Virus record (IMG/VR): IMGVR_UViG_3300042366_001473
Source: an uncultured virus (IMG/VR IMGVR_UViG_3300042366_001473)
Lineage: Duplodnaviria > Heunggongvirae > Uroviricota > Caudoviricetes
Direction: 5' to 3' (one strand)
Length of the DNA: 20,000 nt
The notes beneath the pieces are model-generated. The model did not search any database. It saw nothing but the letters and a program-made list of their open reading frames with translations, and was not told the origin of the DNA. This document shows, piece by piece, positions 1 to 8,918 of this stretch (position 1 is its first letter; every line of letters begins with the position of its first letter). The translations under genes and the position numbers were made by a program.

Positions 1-1230
1 GCTCGGCAAATCATCAATGATCAACTTGACCACAAAATTCAACTGCCGGCACACATCAGCACGCACAATCATCATCAAAGCCATGCAGCCGGAGGTTTTC
101 AAACCAGCCCGTTTGATCGTGCCACTGTAGTTGTAATAGATGCTATTGGTGAATTTGATACTGTAACAATATGGGCAGCTGAATATGATCGAAACAATCA
201 AGCAACTTATCGCAAACTTTGGAGTCAACGGTACCCGCATTCAATTGGACTCTTCTACTCTGCAGCTACTGGCCGCGTTGGCCTACGCCCACTAGACGAA
301 GAATACATACTAATGGGCATGGCCGCTTATGGCGAACGTGGCTTTGGTGAACTTATGAAGCAGGATCTTGTGGAGGATGCCTGGAAAGTTCGTTTTCGTG
401 ATAACTTGCACACAGGACTAACTCACAAATATCTCAGTCACATAGGCGATGTAGATATTGCAGCAGGTGCCCAGGATCTTGTGGAGGACCTAATCATGAA
501 TGTGATGGCTCGTGCCAAAGGATTTGGGTGGAGTCGCAATCTTGTGTACGCAGGTGGAGTTGCGCTAAACTGTAGTGCCAACAGGAGGCTAGGTGAACTA
601 TTTGACAACATTTGGATTATGCCTTGTCCCGGTGATGCCGGCAGCAGTCTGGGTGCTGCCGCATTGGCTCATGGCGGTAGGATCAATTGGCACAATGCTT
701 TTCTGGGTCACAATATTGGCGGTGCCTACCCTGTGAATGAGATTCTAGACGAGCTTGTGTCCTCTCGCATCGTTGGTGTTGCCAGCGGCCGTGCTGAGTT
801 TGGTCCACGAGCACTAGGAAATCGTAGTTTGTTGGCCGATCCTCGCGGCCCTGATATAAAGAATCAAGTAAATGGAATCAAACGTAGACAACAATTTAGA
901 CCCTTTGCGCCGGTTATTTTGGAGGAACTGGCTGATATGTACTTTGATATGCCTCGTGGCTTCGGTAACAGTAGGTATATGCAAGTCATCGCTCGTTGCA
1001 GGCATCCTGACCTATTTCCTGCTATCATTCATGCTGACGGCACTAGTCGTGTACAGACTGTACCCAATGACGGATCCGGTATAAGACAGCTACTGGAAAA
1101 GTGGTATGTAATGACTGGGTGTCCGATGTTGTTAAACACTAGCCTTAACATACGTGGGGAACCTATGGTCAACGATCGCAAAGACGCAGACAGATTTGAA
1201 ACGTTGTATGGTGTAAAGGTTTGCAGCTAA
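1..1230 (+). CDS. O-carbamoyltransferase, NodU/CmcH/TobZ family (5'-truncated by window edge)
   Basis: Frame 1 is open from base 1 and reads ...THNHHQSHAAGGFQTSPF..VVVIDAIGEFDT (Kae1-like metal-binding HHxxH and D-x-x-G motifs). It continues into the tracked ORF with MGMAAYG, AGGVALNC, PGDAGSSLGAA, GRAEFGPRALGNRSLLADP, RPFAP, HADGTSRVQTV and LLNTSLN..GEP, all family signatures. Confidence 0.95.
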   Translation, partial: ARQIINDQLDHKIQLPAHISTHNHHQSHAAGGFQTSPFDRATVVVIDAIGEFDTVTIWAAEYDRNNQATYRKLWSQRYPHSIGLFYSAATGRVGLRPLDEEYILMGMAAYGERGFGELMKQDLVEDAWKVRFRDNLHTGLTHKYLSHIGDVDIAAGAQDLVEDLIMNVMARAKGFGWSRNLVYAGGVALNCSANRRLGELFDNIWIMPCPGDAGSSLGAAALAHGGRINWHNAFLGHNIGGAYPVNEILDELVSSRIVGVASGRAEFGPRALGNRSLLADPRGPDIKNQVNGIKRRQQFRPFAPVILEELADMYFDMPRGFGNSRYMQVIARCRHPDLFPAIIHADGTSRVQTVPNDGSGIRQLLEKWYVMTGCPMLLNTSLNIRGEPMVNDRKDADRFETLYGVKVCS

Positions 1231-1805
1231 TGTTGATTCAATCAGTTGATTCTTGTGGCTATTTGTACTCTGTTGCAGAGGTATTTCCTAGCAATATTTT
1301 GTCACAGATAATATCATGTTCCTGGAACACAATGTCATATCAACGATTGGAGATAGGAAGAAGCAAGCGCAAGATGTTTTGCGGACCTGACCTACCGTTT
1401 TTCTTCGATGTGGAAGATTATGCACGCAAAACTCTACGTCCACAAATTGAACAAGCATGTGGAGTAAGGTTTGTAGATGAAAAGTACTGGAGTCTGAGCT
1501 GGTGGATAGACGAACCCGGCTTTAGACCTGGTATGCACTGTGATGGTACACTGCCATCGGCTATGCAAATATACCTTTTGCCCAACAATGATACCACGAT
1601 AGGTACAACATTTTTCAACACCAATTCAGACAGTGATGTTGTGCATCGATTCCCCAGTGTTACAAACACCGGATACCTGATGTTTAATTCTCACACATGT
1701 GGCGGTGTTAAAAAATTATTATGGCACGATATGGAACGTGAGGTTCCTGAATCAGTGCAACGAATTTGTTGTTACATTACCTTGGGCGAATATACCAAGT
1801 TATAA
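1230..1805 (+). CDS. Putative 2OG-Fe(II) oxygenase-like protein
   Basis: Likely start is the ATG at 1230 (TAATG overlap with the upstream stop). Shows HxD (GMHCD), GTTFF, NTGYLMFN, a distal His (WHDM) and a later Arg, a layout consistent with a DSBH 2OG-Fe(II) dioxygenase. Confidence 0.6.
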   Translation: MLIQSVDSCGYLYSVAEVFPSNILSQIISCSWNTMSYQRLEIGRSKRKMFCGPDLPFFFDVEDYARKTLRPQIEQACGVRFVDEKYWSLSWWIDEPGFRPGMHCDGTLPSAMQIYLLPNNDTTIGTTFFNTNSDSDVVHRFPSVTNTGYLMFNSHTCGGVKKLLWHDMEREVPESVQRICCYITLGEYTKL

Positions 1806-2828
1806 GTAATTTTCAAGCCCACCACGTCGTCGAATATCCTGTGTACAGCAACTGATGCCGCCGTCCCAGAAGTAGCTGTGTCGCAATTCTGAGATAATGG
1901 GATTGATACGATGCTTTTTACAGTAGTCAAACACTTCTTTGTTGTAGGCACTGAAGATCACATTTTGTTCATCTAGCACAAGACAGTTGACATCAAACAC
2001 TGTTTCGGCCACAAAGCCAGTCCACTTGTTCAAGTAAGTGTCCACAAACTTGGTAAACTCTAGTGTAGGAGTTTGACCTTGTACATACCATGCACCAGGG
2101 CTTTGCTCGTATTTGAACTTGCCCACTTCCATTGCTGCCCAGATTGAACTGTCCCAAATCTTGCACACATCCCATCCTGGGAAATCTCTGCCAAGATCTA
2201 GATTCACGTCGTGTTTGCTGCTGAGAATTACACCAGGTTTAAGAATGGCAAAGACAGCATCACCGTGTCCGTCTGTGACTGCTTCGTGTATGCGATATTC
2301 GGGACCCAACACATTGTCCACAATCCAACGAGTTTGATCGGGTCGTAGGAAGTCTGAGTTGTCAAAGAACACATCTCGACCCACACGTACAATGCAACTA
2401 GCACTGGCACCATTGAGAATGCAATCCGAATCCCACCGACTGGTGTGAGGGTTGACCACTTGATCGCCGTACCTACTGCAAATTGTGTCTAGCTCTTCCA
2501 TGTTGAGCACACGTAACAATTTGTTGCCCAGCGTAATCTGCCAATCGCGAGGTGTCAATGGCGGCAGCGGAGCACCTCCTCCTTCGGTTTGATGCCAAAC
2601 AAAGTTGTCCTTGCCAGGCAAGTCTGGTCGATGTACAGTGGCACCGTACCGTTCGATGGTGCGGCAAAGATTGTCAAGATCTTCTTCTGTCTCAGCTAGG
2701 ATTTGCTGCAACTGATTGCGCACCTGTGGATTGTCAATGAAGTCAAAATAGTCTGGTGTGTAGGCACGGCCCACAATGACTTCTTCTAGTGGTTGCCATG
2801 ATGTGTAGGAATTAACGGTGTTGTTCAT
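1800..2828 (-). CDS. Amidinotransferase (glycine/inosamine-phosphate amidinotransferase-like, pentein fold)
   Basis: N-terminal VNSYTSWQPLEEVIVGR, then TPRD, HGD..F..LKPG, FDVNCLVLDE and C-terminal RH...WDGGISCCTQDIRR. These match GATM/StrB1-type motifs, including the catalytic His and Cys. Confidence 0.9.
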   Translation of the reverse strand: MNNTVNSYTSWQPLEEVIVGRAYTPDYFDFIDNPQVRNQLQQILAETEEDLDNLCRTIERYGATVHRPDLPGKDNFVWHQTEGGGAPLPPLTPRDWQITLGNKLLRVLNMEELDTICSRYGDQVVNPHTSRWDSDCILNGASASCIVRVGRDVFFDNSDFLRPDQTRWIVDNVLGPEYRIHEAVTDGHGDAVFAILKPGVILSSKHDVNLDLGRDFPGWDVCKIWDSSIWAAMEVGKFKYEQSPGAWYVQGQTPTLEFTKFVDTYLNKWTGFVAETVFDVNCLVLDEQNVIFSAYNKEVFDYCKKHRINPIISELRHSYFWDGGISCCTQDIRRRGGLENYL

Positions 2829-4002
2829 TTATTTTCTCAAGTAAGCTATTTAGGCGTTGGCTCTTGTTGGCCACAAATAATTGTTGGTTGTGTTCTATAT
2901 CTTCCCGAGCCGCAGCAAATAACTCAGGCAATCTGGGTTGAGCTGCTGTAATACTTTGTTGTAGTTGTTTCCATCGTTGAGTATGATTGGTTATGGTGTC
3001 ATAGCTGTTGTCCAACAAGTGATCAAATGTTCTATAACCCAGATCTCGCAGTACTTGAAGACTGCCTACACCACCTGCTACAAAAAACAACTGACCGTGT
3101 TTGATGGGCTTGAAAGTTTTTTCAGTCACAAACGCACCGCCGCTTTGATCCACGTCAAATTGACTTTCCAACACAATCTGACAATAACTGTCTGCGTAGT
3201 ATTTGGGTTCCATTACAGCGTGATTGTTACGATCGCTGTCAGATAGTTCGTCACTGAAATAGGGAGCATCTTTGAGAAATTTTGTGCGATCATGTCTTAG
3301 CCGTGCAATCATATCAACTTCTATTGGGCAGTCAGTGTCGGCCCCTGTGGCTGATTCACAGTAGCTCCAATAGCTGTTATCTAACATGCCGCTGCGATGC
3401 AAATCTGCCATGACAGTGGCTCGCCACCACTTGTGCAGTCTGCTGAGACATGTAAATTCTTTGGTACGATGATCACTGTGCACTGGCAATGGATCAGTTT
3501 CTATGTTGCGCTGATAATACCATAATTCAAAATCATTGAACACCACAAACCCTGGTATGTGTTCAGCAGCACTGTTGGAACTCACAAACACATAACAGTC
3601 AGGCGGCAATTTCAATTGTGCAGCCAGGGTATCTAGCCGTTGTTTGATACGCCGCGGATTGTCGCCTTCGTGATAGTAAAACAACACCCGAATTTTGCCG
3701 TAGTACACTGCCTGAAATACTGCTGTGGGCAGCAAAGTAAAGTAATCTATGCCAAAATCAAAAAATCCTATTCCCACAGGGTAAAAGGTGTTGTCAGGAT
3801 AAGAGTCGTGTATATTGTATATGTTGATATCAACCCCGTGTTGATTGCAGTATTCCTGCAGTCGTAACGGGATAGTATAGGGAAAATGTTTACCAAACTC
3901 TCGCCAGGACTGTGTGTATGGTCTTGCCTGATGCTGTGCAAGTGCAGGGTATATTCTGCCCTTGAGCACTTGATCAGCTACAAAGTTAAAGTTCAATTTC
4001 AT
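2812..4002 (-). CDS. Hypothetical protein, putative glycosyltransferase-like (TEKTFKPI family, paralog 1)
   Basis: 396-aa ORF. Motif FTCLSR...WR...IVLESQF...VTEKTFKPI..GQLF...G..GSL..LRDLGYRTF...LDNSYD is shared with 3986..5116 and 18516..19682. The GT function is inferred from resemblance to the GT10 E-x(n)-TEK motif. Confidence 0.55.
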   Translation of the reverse strand: MKLNFNFVADQVLKGRIYPALAQHQARPYTQSWREFGKHFPYTIPLRLQEYCNQHGVDINIYNIHDSYPDNTFYPVGIGFFDFGIDYFTLLPTAVFQAVYYGKIRVLFYYHEGDNPRRIKQRLDTLAAQLKLPPDCYVFVSSNSAAEHIPGFVVFNDFELWYYQRNIETDPLPVHSDHRTKEFTCLSRLHKWWRATVMADLHRSGMLDNSYWSYCESATGADTDCPIEVDMIARLRHDRTKFLKDAPYFSDELSDSDRNNHAVMEPKYYADSYCQIVLESQFDVDQSGGAFVTEKTFKPIKHGQLFFVAGGVGSLQVLRDLGYRTFDHLLDNSYDTITNHTQRWKQLQQSITAAQPRLPELFAAAREDIEHNQQLFVANKSQRLNSLLEKINEQHR

Positions 4003-5116
4003 TCAGCATCTCATTGAGTTCTTTCCACAGCACAGCTTCAAAGCCGCCACCATAGAAGTGATTCCAGTTGTGTTCAATTACTTCTTGGCACTGAACAAAC
4101 AGGTCTTGTTTGCCCTCTGGCGATAGCTCATCAAGGCTACGCAACAAACTGGCAATGCGTTGGATACGCACATCGTCTTCTGCGTCATCATAGCTTTCGT
4201 CCCATATGCCTTCGAACGTGCGGAACCCATAGCTACGTAAGTATTCCAAACTTCCGCGTGTGCCCACAATCACAAAAGGCATGCCCAGGGCAATGGGCTT
4301 GAAAGTTTTTTCTGTTAAGTGATGTCTACGACCAGTGGCCACAGTTTCTGTCACCAAATACAGCAAGCTTTCTGCACACTGATCAAACAAACTAAGCCAG
4401 CAGCTATGCATGGGATGGTCAGTTTCTCCCTCAAAGTTAATAGGCAAAGACTGTGCAGTAAATACTGATTCAATGTCAGTGTACTTTGTGATCAATGGTT
4501 TGACAGCTTCCAGTATAGAAATGTTTTCAGCTGGACACACAGCAGGGCAACTGACATGATTGTTGGTCATGTTGTTTTTGAATATGTGGTACAGCATTTC
4601 CAGTCTGTGTTTTCGTTCTCCAGCCACAATACGATTGGGCGCAATAAATGTTTTTGTGATCTGTCGTTGTGCAAGGGGCGTAATCAAAAATGTCTTGTCG
4701 TATCCTCGATACCAATCCAGTGCTGCCCATCCGTGAAAAAAGTAGTACAATGGTTTCCATTCAAACTTTTTGCACACTAGATCTACGTTCTCACTGTTGT
4801 ACTCGCTGGTAAGCAGATACCCAGCGTCTTGGACTTTATATTCATGCTGTTTTTTTGACAACGATCGGTCATGTGTGATATCTAAATTATAGTCGTGCAC
4901 TTTGAAAAAAGTATTTGTGTGTATGTTCAAATGTATTGGCTCTTGGTCAAAAAAGAATATATAATTGTGTTCGTGTACATCATCTCTACCGTAGTTCATA
5001 ACGCTGTCTGCATCACTTCTGCCAAATGGTTCGCAGAAGAAAGCCCTAAAGCCTGGGCGGTTGGCTTTTAACCAAGGCCAAAATGTATTGTTGTAAATTT
5101 CATCTATTCTAAGCAT
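3986..5116 (-). CDS. Hypothetical protein, putative glycosyltransferase-like (TEKTFKPI family, paralog 2)
   Basis: 376-aa ORF with FFDQEPI, YYFFHGWAALDWY, PNR...HR and LVTETV...HLTEKTFKPI..GMPF...G..GSLEYLRSYGFRTF..IWDESYD. Clearly paralogous to 18516..19682. Confidence 0.55.
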   Translation of the reverse strand: MLRIDEIYNNTFWPWLKANRPGFRAFFCEPFGRSDADSVMNYGRDDVHEHNYIFFFDQEPIHLNIHTNTFFKVHDYNLDITHDRSLSKKQHEYKVQDAGYLLTSEYNSENVDLVCKKFEWKPLYYFFHGWAALDWYRGYDKTFLITPLAQRQITKTFIAPNRIVAGERKHRLEMLYHIFKNNMTNNHVSCPAVCPAENISILEAVKPLITKYTDIESVFTAQSLPINFEGETDHPMHSCWLSLFDQCAESLLYLVTETVATGRRHHLTEKTFKPIALGMPFVIVGTRGSLEYLRSYGFRTFEGIWDESYDDAEDDVRIQRIASLLRSLDELSPEGKQDLFVQCQEVIEHNWNHFYGGGFEAVLWKELNEMLNEIEL

Positions 5117-8100
5117 GTTTGACGTATTTTATTTTGCATCGGGACACAAGCCCAATTTGTTTGCTCATGAACGAGCAGTTGAATCTATTCAGCATGCGCA
5201 ACAACTGAGTCGCACAAGGTATTTTTGGATAGCAAACTACTTAGCAGACTACTCAGACTGGGATTGGCTTTATGAGCCACCACCATGGCAAGCACATCAG
5301 CGACATGCATGGTTAGATCAATATCAAATTGATGCAGGTGTTTATCTTATTCCCAAAGCTGGATATACTGAAACAAATTATCACAGCGAGCGCACCGTAC
5401 ACAGACTGCCTGATATCAGCTACTGGCACATACCCAAATGGATTGATCCTGCTAGTATAAACTATACATGGGCACCTAATCCCACAGATCCTCCGTACAT
5501 ATATGAGTTTCCTGTAGAATGGGATTGGGATAGAGTAGGTGGCCCAGAATACCGTGTGCCCGGAGCAACAGAACGCAAATACATGGATGTGTTTGTTGCT
5601 CGTACACAGTCGGATCGCAAAGACTGGCAGACACATGATAACGTAGATGAACATGATCCTGTGTTTAACTGGCACCCAAATCCATTTGATCCTCCAATGA
5701 TTTATGTGTTTGGCAATCAACATTGGCCAGCAGAATCTCGTTCTAGTGTAGAGTATCATGTGCCCGGTGCAACTGTAAAAAAGTACATGCACAATATTCG
5801 TACACAACGACTACCAGACAAAAGTAAATTTTGTTGTTTGTATCCTTGTGAGTTTGATTGGGCCTGGGAACCAGATCCTGGAGATCCGCCTTACATTTAC
5901 GTGTTTGGTAATCAGTGGTGGAGTGCAGAGAAAATGGCCACAGTTGAGTATCACGTCACCGGTGCTACTGAACGCAAATACATGGACATGACTGCCAGGA
6001 TACTTGCGGACAAGACCAACTGGCAAGTACCAGATTATGTTGATCCGTTAAGCGTGGATTATTCTTGGCGGCCTGATCCAGGAGACAACCCTTACATATA
6101 TGAATTTGCTACTCAGTGGCAACCCAATGGCGGTGCTTGTTATGTAGTACCTGGTGCTGTAGAACGCAAGTATGTAGAAATATTGCATCGCAGATTACCT
6201 AATAAACAGTTGTTTAAGAATTTAGAAATTATACAAGGATTTGATTACTCCTGGCATCCTGACAATACAGAACCGCCTTACAATTATGTGTTTGGCAATC
6301 AACATTGGCCAGGTATAGAAATGCCCACTGTGGTTTACGAAATGTCTGGTGCAACACAGGAAAAATTTGTTGACAATGTGGTTGCTCAACTAGGTGACAA
6401 CATGGCCAACTGGGAGTTATGCGAGGATGTTGATAATAGTAGGTGGGACTGGACCTGGGTTCCTAATCCTAAAGATCCACCCTATATTTACGTGTTCGGT
6501 AATCAATGGAATCAGCCAGAGTTCAAAGCCAGTGTCAAGTATGTTGTTCCGGGCGCCATCGAAGTCAAGTACATGGATAGACGCACACGCAGACTGCCGC
6601 AACCACGCCTGTTCGGACATAACCTAGCGGTCAGTGAATTTGACTATTCGTGGGAACCAAATCCTTTTGATCCACCAATGACCTATGTGTTCGGTAACCA
6701 ATGGAACTCGGCTGTACTAGAACCCACAGTAGTGTACAATGCCGGCGGCACTGAAATCAAGTATGTAGATGATATTGTTGCTACACTAGCACAAGACGTG
6801 GCTGCTTGGGAATTGTTGGATGACATTGAATCGTTTGATTACTCCTGGCGGCCCAATCCCACAGATCCTCCTTATACGTATGTGTTTGGTAATCAGTGGC
6901 TCACGCCTGAACAACGTCCCGCATTACAGTATGCAGTAACAGGTGCTACACAAATCAAATACATGGATCATCCGCGAGCACAACGTCGTGGGGATCATAC
7001 ACGGTTTACACAACACTATCCTGCGAGCTTTGATTGGTCGTGGGAACCCGATCCAGGATCACCACCTTATAACTATGTGTTTGGTAATCAGTACTATTCA
7101 GCAGAAGTAATGCCCACTGTAGAATATCACATGCTGGGTGCTACAGAACTCAAGTACATGGATATCCCTGCACAGTTGTTGCCTCAACACGATAATCACT
7201 GGCACACCGTCATAGACTGTGAATGGGATTATACCTGGAGACCCGAACCTGGATCACCACCCTACATCTATGTGTTTGGTAACCAGTGGTGGCCAGCAGA
7301 GAAAATGCCCACTGTAGAATATCACATGCCCAGTGCCACTGAGCGCAAGTACATGACAGGACCGGTTGCTAACTTGTTGACGAATATGACCAATTGGACC
7401 ATTCCTGAATATGTGAACACTACTGATATGGACTTCAGTTGGCAGCCAGACCCAGGCGAACCAGCCTACATCTATCAATTTGCCACACAGCATCAAAAGA
7501 CTGGAGGACCGCAGTATCGCATGCCTGGTGCCACTGAGTTCAAGTATGTGGACATGATGAGGGCAGAAGTCAAGCAAGAAGCTGCACCTATATTTGAAAT
7601 TGATCACCTGGATGGCAACGCAGGGCAAATTCCAGATGTAGTTAAAAAAGTACGTTACTTTGACAACTACAGAGATACACTAATACGTTTGGCCCGGAGC
7701 CTTGTGGGGCAATACGAGCATGTGTGGATATGCAGTTCAATTTGCGATTACACTGGCTTTGACTTTTCATGGCACCCAGAGATCTGGCAAAGTACAATGT
7801 TGCATGTATTCCCCAGCAATGAACAAAAGTTTGGGGACACATTCTACATGCATGTACCTACCTTTGCCGAACGTGCCGAAAAGAAAGCTTTGCTGGAATG
7901 GTATAGTGTGAACTATGTATCCCGCCGGAGTGTACCACGTAGATCCATGCCTGTGATTGAACACACTGCTGATTCGCATGTGGATGCAGTCAAGAATGTA
8001 GATTGGGCCGGACCCTTGGCATTGTTCACCACAAATGGTGTGCCTATCACAATGCCCACCGTTCCTCTTTGGCGTCAAGAAGTCAAAACTATTGTGCCGT

Positions 8101-8918
8101 TGAGCACAGGTGCCAGTGCAGTGATTGTGCCAAAAGTAGCTCGAGGTGATGTTAAAACGCAACTGTACGATTATGCACATATTGACAAGACACAACGTAA
8201 ACGTCATGGCGATCAGCCACTGGACATTGTGTTTATCAGCAATGGCGAACCCAATTCTGCATCTAATTATTTGCAAATGCAGATGTATCTAGCCAACTCA
8301 TCACATACCAACAAAGTACATATGGTATCAGGAGTAAAAGGTCGTGTGGCAGCTTATCATGCGGCAGCACGAGCCAGTACCACACCTTGGTTCTTTGCTG
8401 TGTTTGCCAAGTTAGAAGTTGACGCCAAGTTTGATTGGACCTGGCAGCCAGATCGTATGCAACAGCCCAAGCACTATATCTTTCATGCTGGCAATCCTGT
8501 CAATGGATTGGTGTATGGTCACCAAGCCATGATTGCCTACAACAAGAAGTTGGCGTTGGAGAACACAGGTGTTGGCCTGGACTTTACGCTAGATCAGGCG
8601 CACGAAGTTGTACCTATTCTCAGTGGCACAGCCAACTATGCTGAATCGCCTTGGATGGCCTGGCGCACAGCTTTCCGTGAAGCACTTAAACTACGTGCAA
8701 GTTTACCCAACGTGGAAAATGAATACAGACTCAATGTCTGGTTAAAAGAAGACTCCGGCACCATTGCCAATGGACATTGGAGTCATAAAGGCGCACAGGA
8801 TGCTGTGGAGTACTATGAAGAGGTCAAAGGTGATCCCACTGAGCTCCGCAAGAGCTACGAGTGGGATTGGCTCGCAAGCTATGCGTTTGTCAAACGTTCT
8901 TTAACACCTGATCAGTGA
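5115..8918 (+). CDS. Large W/P-rich tandem-repeat protein with degenerate GT-A/GT2-like terminal domains
   Basis: 1267-aa ORF with 11 internal repeats. The C-terminal domain DIVFISNGEP...GVKGRVAAYHAAARASTTPWFFAVFAKL...NPVNGLVYG...AWRTAFREALKL resembles phage GT2-like domains. Confidence 0.7.
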   Translation: MFDVFYFASGHKPNLFAHERAVESIQHAQQLSRTRYFWIANYLADYSDWDWLYEPPPWQAHQRHAWLDQYQIDAGVYLIPKAGYTETNYHSERTVHRLPDISYWHIPKWIDPASINYTWAPNPTDPPYIYEFPVEWDWDRVGGPEYRVPGATERKYMDVFVARTQSDRKDWQTHDNVDEHDPVFNWHPNPFDPPMIYVFGNQHWPAESRSSVEYHVPGATVKKYMHNIRTQRLPDKSKFCCLYPCEFDWAWEPDPGDPPYIYVFGNQWWSAEKMATVEYHVTGATERKYMDMTARILADKTNWQVPDYVDPLSVDYSWRPDPGDNPYIYEFATQWQPNGGACYVVPGAVERKYVEILHRRLPNKQLFKNLEIIQGFDYSWHPDNTEPPYNYVFGNQHWPGIEMPTVVYEMSGATQEKFVDNVVAQLGDNMANWELCEDVDNSRWDWTWVPNPKDPPYIYVFGNQWNQPEFKASVKYVVPGAIEVKYMDRRTRRLPQPRLFGHNLAVSEFDYSWEPNPFDPPMTYVFGNQWNSAVLEPTVVYNAGGTEIKYVDDIVATLAQDVAAWELLDDIESFDYSWRPNPTDPPYTYVFGNQWLTPEQRPALQYAVTGATQIKYMDHPRAQRRGDHTRFTQHYPASFDWSWEPDPGSPPYNYVFGNQYYSAEVMPTVEYHMLGATELKYMDIPAQLLPQHDNHWHTVIDCEWDYTWRPEPGSPPYIYVFGNQWWPAEKMPTVEYHMPSATERKYMTGPVANLLTNMTNWTIPEYVNTTDMDFSWQPDPGEPAYIYQFATQHQKTGGPQYRMPGATEFKYVDMMRAEVKQEAAPIFEIDHLDGNAGQIPDVVKKVRYFDNYRDTLIRLARSLVGQYEHVWICSSICDYTGFDFSWHPEIWQSTMLHVFPSNEQKFGDTFYMHVPTFAERAEKKALLEWYSVNYVSRRSVPRRSMPVIEHTADSHVDAVKNVDWAGPLALFTTNGVPITMPTVPLWRQEVKTIVPLSTGASAVIVPKVARGDVKTQLYDYAHIDKTQRKRHGDQPLDIVFISNGEPNSASNYLQMQMYLANSSHTNKVHMVSGVKGRVAAYHAAARASTTPWFFAVFAKLEVDAKFDWTWQPDRMQQPKHYIFHAGNPVNGLVYGHQAMIAYNKKLALENTGVGLDFTLDQAHEVVPILSGTANYAESPWMAWRTAFREALKLRASLPNVENEYRLNVWLKEDSGTIANGHWSHKGAQDAVEYYEEVKGDPTELRKSYEWDWLASYAFVKRSLTPDQ
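5459..7553 (+). repeat. 11 in-frame tandem repeats of ~195 bp / 65 aa
   Basis: Consensus FDYSW.P.P..PPY.YVFGNQ.W.....PTV.Y..PGATE.KYMD. The GNQ codons start at 5712, 5907, 6294, 6498, 6693, 6888, 7083 and 7278, mostly 195 bp apart. Confidence 0.95.

Noticed and set aside
5459..7553. 195-bp DNA repeats as a CRISPR array or a diversity-generating retroelement TR/VR pair
   Set aside because: The repeats are in-frame coding units that diverge at all bases, often synonymously. There are no identical direct repeats with spacers, no evident adenine-specific variation and no reverse transcriptase or cas gene in the window.
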